Shown piece after piece: positions 63,174 through 64,000 of a stretch of 64,000 nt of DNA (its first letter is position 1; the number at the start of each line of letters is the position of its first letter). Source of the stretch: Chrysemys picta bellii (lineage: Eukaryota). A program made the translations under genes and the position numbers. The notes below the pieces were generated by a model that saw only the letters and a program-made list of their open reading frames with translations, had not been told where the DNA came from and did not search any database. Where the stretch lies: NCBI RefSeq assembly GCF_011386835.1, contig NC_088791.1, positions 86,428,001 to 86,492,000 on the forward strand. The letters run 5' to 3'.

Positions 63174-63191
63174 TGGGAGCTCATCCAGGAT
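63174..63191 (+). promoter_or_regulatory. tRNA-Pro primer binding site
   Basis: TGGGAGCTCATCCAGGAT versus PBS-Pro TGGGGGCTCGTCCGGGAT: 15/18, and two of the three mismatches are CpG-type transitions. Starts 2 nt after LTR1. Confidence 0.85.
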
Positions 63192-63353
63192 TTCAAGAGA
63201 AGTCTCTGAAGCTTGGGACACGCTTCCTCAGCTAGGGGAACTATGTAACCCACACACCTCCTTGGTGTGGTCTTCTGTCCCATATAGTGGCAGAGTGCAA
63301 GAGAGAGATTAATGAGTTTGCTCTACAGGCTCAGTTAACAACCAGTTGGCATT

Positions 63354-63409
63354 TAGCTCACGCAGTAGAGGCTCATGCACTAAGCTCCAGAGGTCCCAGG
63401 TTCAATCCC
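63354..63409 (+). promoter_or_regulatory. tRNA-Ala-like internal Pol III promoter (A box and B box) within LTR2
   Basis: A box TAGCTCACGCAGTAG and B box GGTTCAATCCC. Compare tRNA-Ala TAGCTCAGTGGTAGAGCGCATGC...GAGGTCCCGGGTTCGATCCC. Confidence 0.75.
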
Positions 63410-64000
63410 ACTCACCAGTGACAGGGTCTGTTGGTGTTACATTCTATGTATATTGTTCAGGGTGTTAATAATCATGTTGCTATTGTTACGGATATTATAT
63501 CTAGATCTATGTGTTTGTCCCCTTCTGACAAAAAACTCCCCTTCCACAATTTCAATGGGTGACTACCGTAATGCATTTCTGTCACTCACTATGATATAAC
63601 TTTCTCCTCAATCTGTCATGTCAATTTTCCATTCCCCTGATTTAACTTCATCCTTAAGAGTAACAGCTTGCTTTGCTTGATGAATAAGAAACCCATAGGT
63701 GCTTTCCTGCAAGTTCTCTCTTTTATAGTATCAAACAAATTGATCATTTAAATAAAGTAATTAATTCCTTTCAACTCTACTTTCACCAGAATGAAGAAAT
63801 TCATTTACTCCTTTTTCTAGTGAAAGAAAAAATGCAGCTAAGCTAATTTTTTTCTTGTAAGAACAGTAATCAAGCAACAATTGTCCAAGCAACAACTGAA
63901 GGAAGCTATTAGGTCTTAGAAAGATAGTTGATTGCACATATTTCACACAAGTGGAATCAAATTGCTTGGAAGACAGCAATTATCTATTACATTTTGGCAA

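Larger units (their letters stand above)
63004..63441 (+). mobile_element. TRIM-like miniature LTR retroelement with tRNA-like Pol III module in its LTRs
   Basis: LTR1 63004-63171 and LTR2 63244-63441, both tgtaac...gttaca. The 72-bp interior has a PBS and a PPT. Flanks tact / ttct. Confidence 0.85.

Noticed and set aside
63354-63409. Bona fide tRNA gene
   Set aside because: No acceptor stem or proper anticodon arm can be formed. It is a tRNA-derived promoter module inside an LTR.
1-64000. CRISPR arrays, rRNA genes, endogenous non-retroviral virus ORFs
   Set aside because: No regularly spaced repeat-spacer array, no rRNA-like sequence and no recognisable viral ORF. A translated search would be needed to exclude highly decayed fragments.

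Overview
Vertebrate intronic DNA, most likely from a turtle (inferred from the repeat families: PsCR1-type CR1, Penelope/Neptune-type elements, DIRS, hAT/Harbinger MITEs). The only host-gene sequence I can support is two consecutive minus-strand coding exons of ANKS1B/AIDA-1 (24235-24815, 581 bp; 19588-19660, 73 bp), recognised by recalled similarity to the human protein and by GT-AG phase continuity. The rest is a layered transposon record: CR1 and L2 LINE fragments, a Sushi/Tf1-type chromodomain Gypsy element, two degraded DIRS elements, a two-gene Harbinger remnant, several solo LTRs and many hAT MITEs with 8-bp TSDs. Three things stand out. (1) A 438-bp TRIM-like mini LTR retroelement at 63004-63441 has a tRNA-Pro primer binding site, only 72 bp of internal sequence, and a tRNA-Ala-like Pol III A/B-box module inside its LTRs, a tRNA analogue of the plant Cassandra elements. 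(2) Penelope-derived fold-back insertions with ~12-bp TSDs carry minimal hammerhead ribozymes; two mini-hairpins have a 41-nt loop that is exactly the ribozyme, in opposite (flip/flop) orientations. (3) A candidate internal promoter and short alternative first exon of ANKS1B lies near 18.5-18.9 kb. All family assignments were made by eye from motifs; no database search was run.
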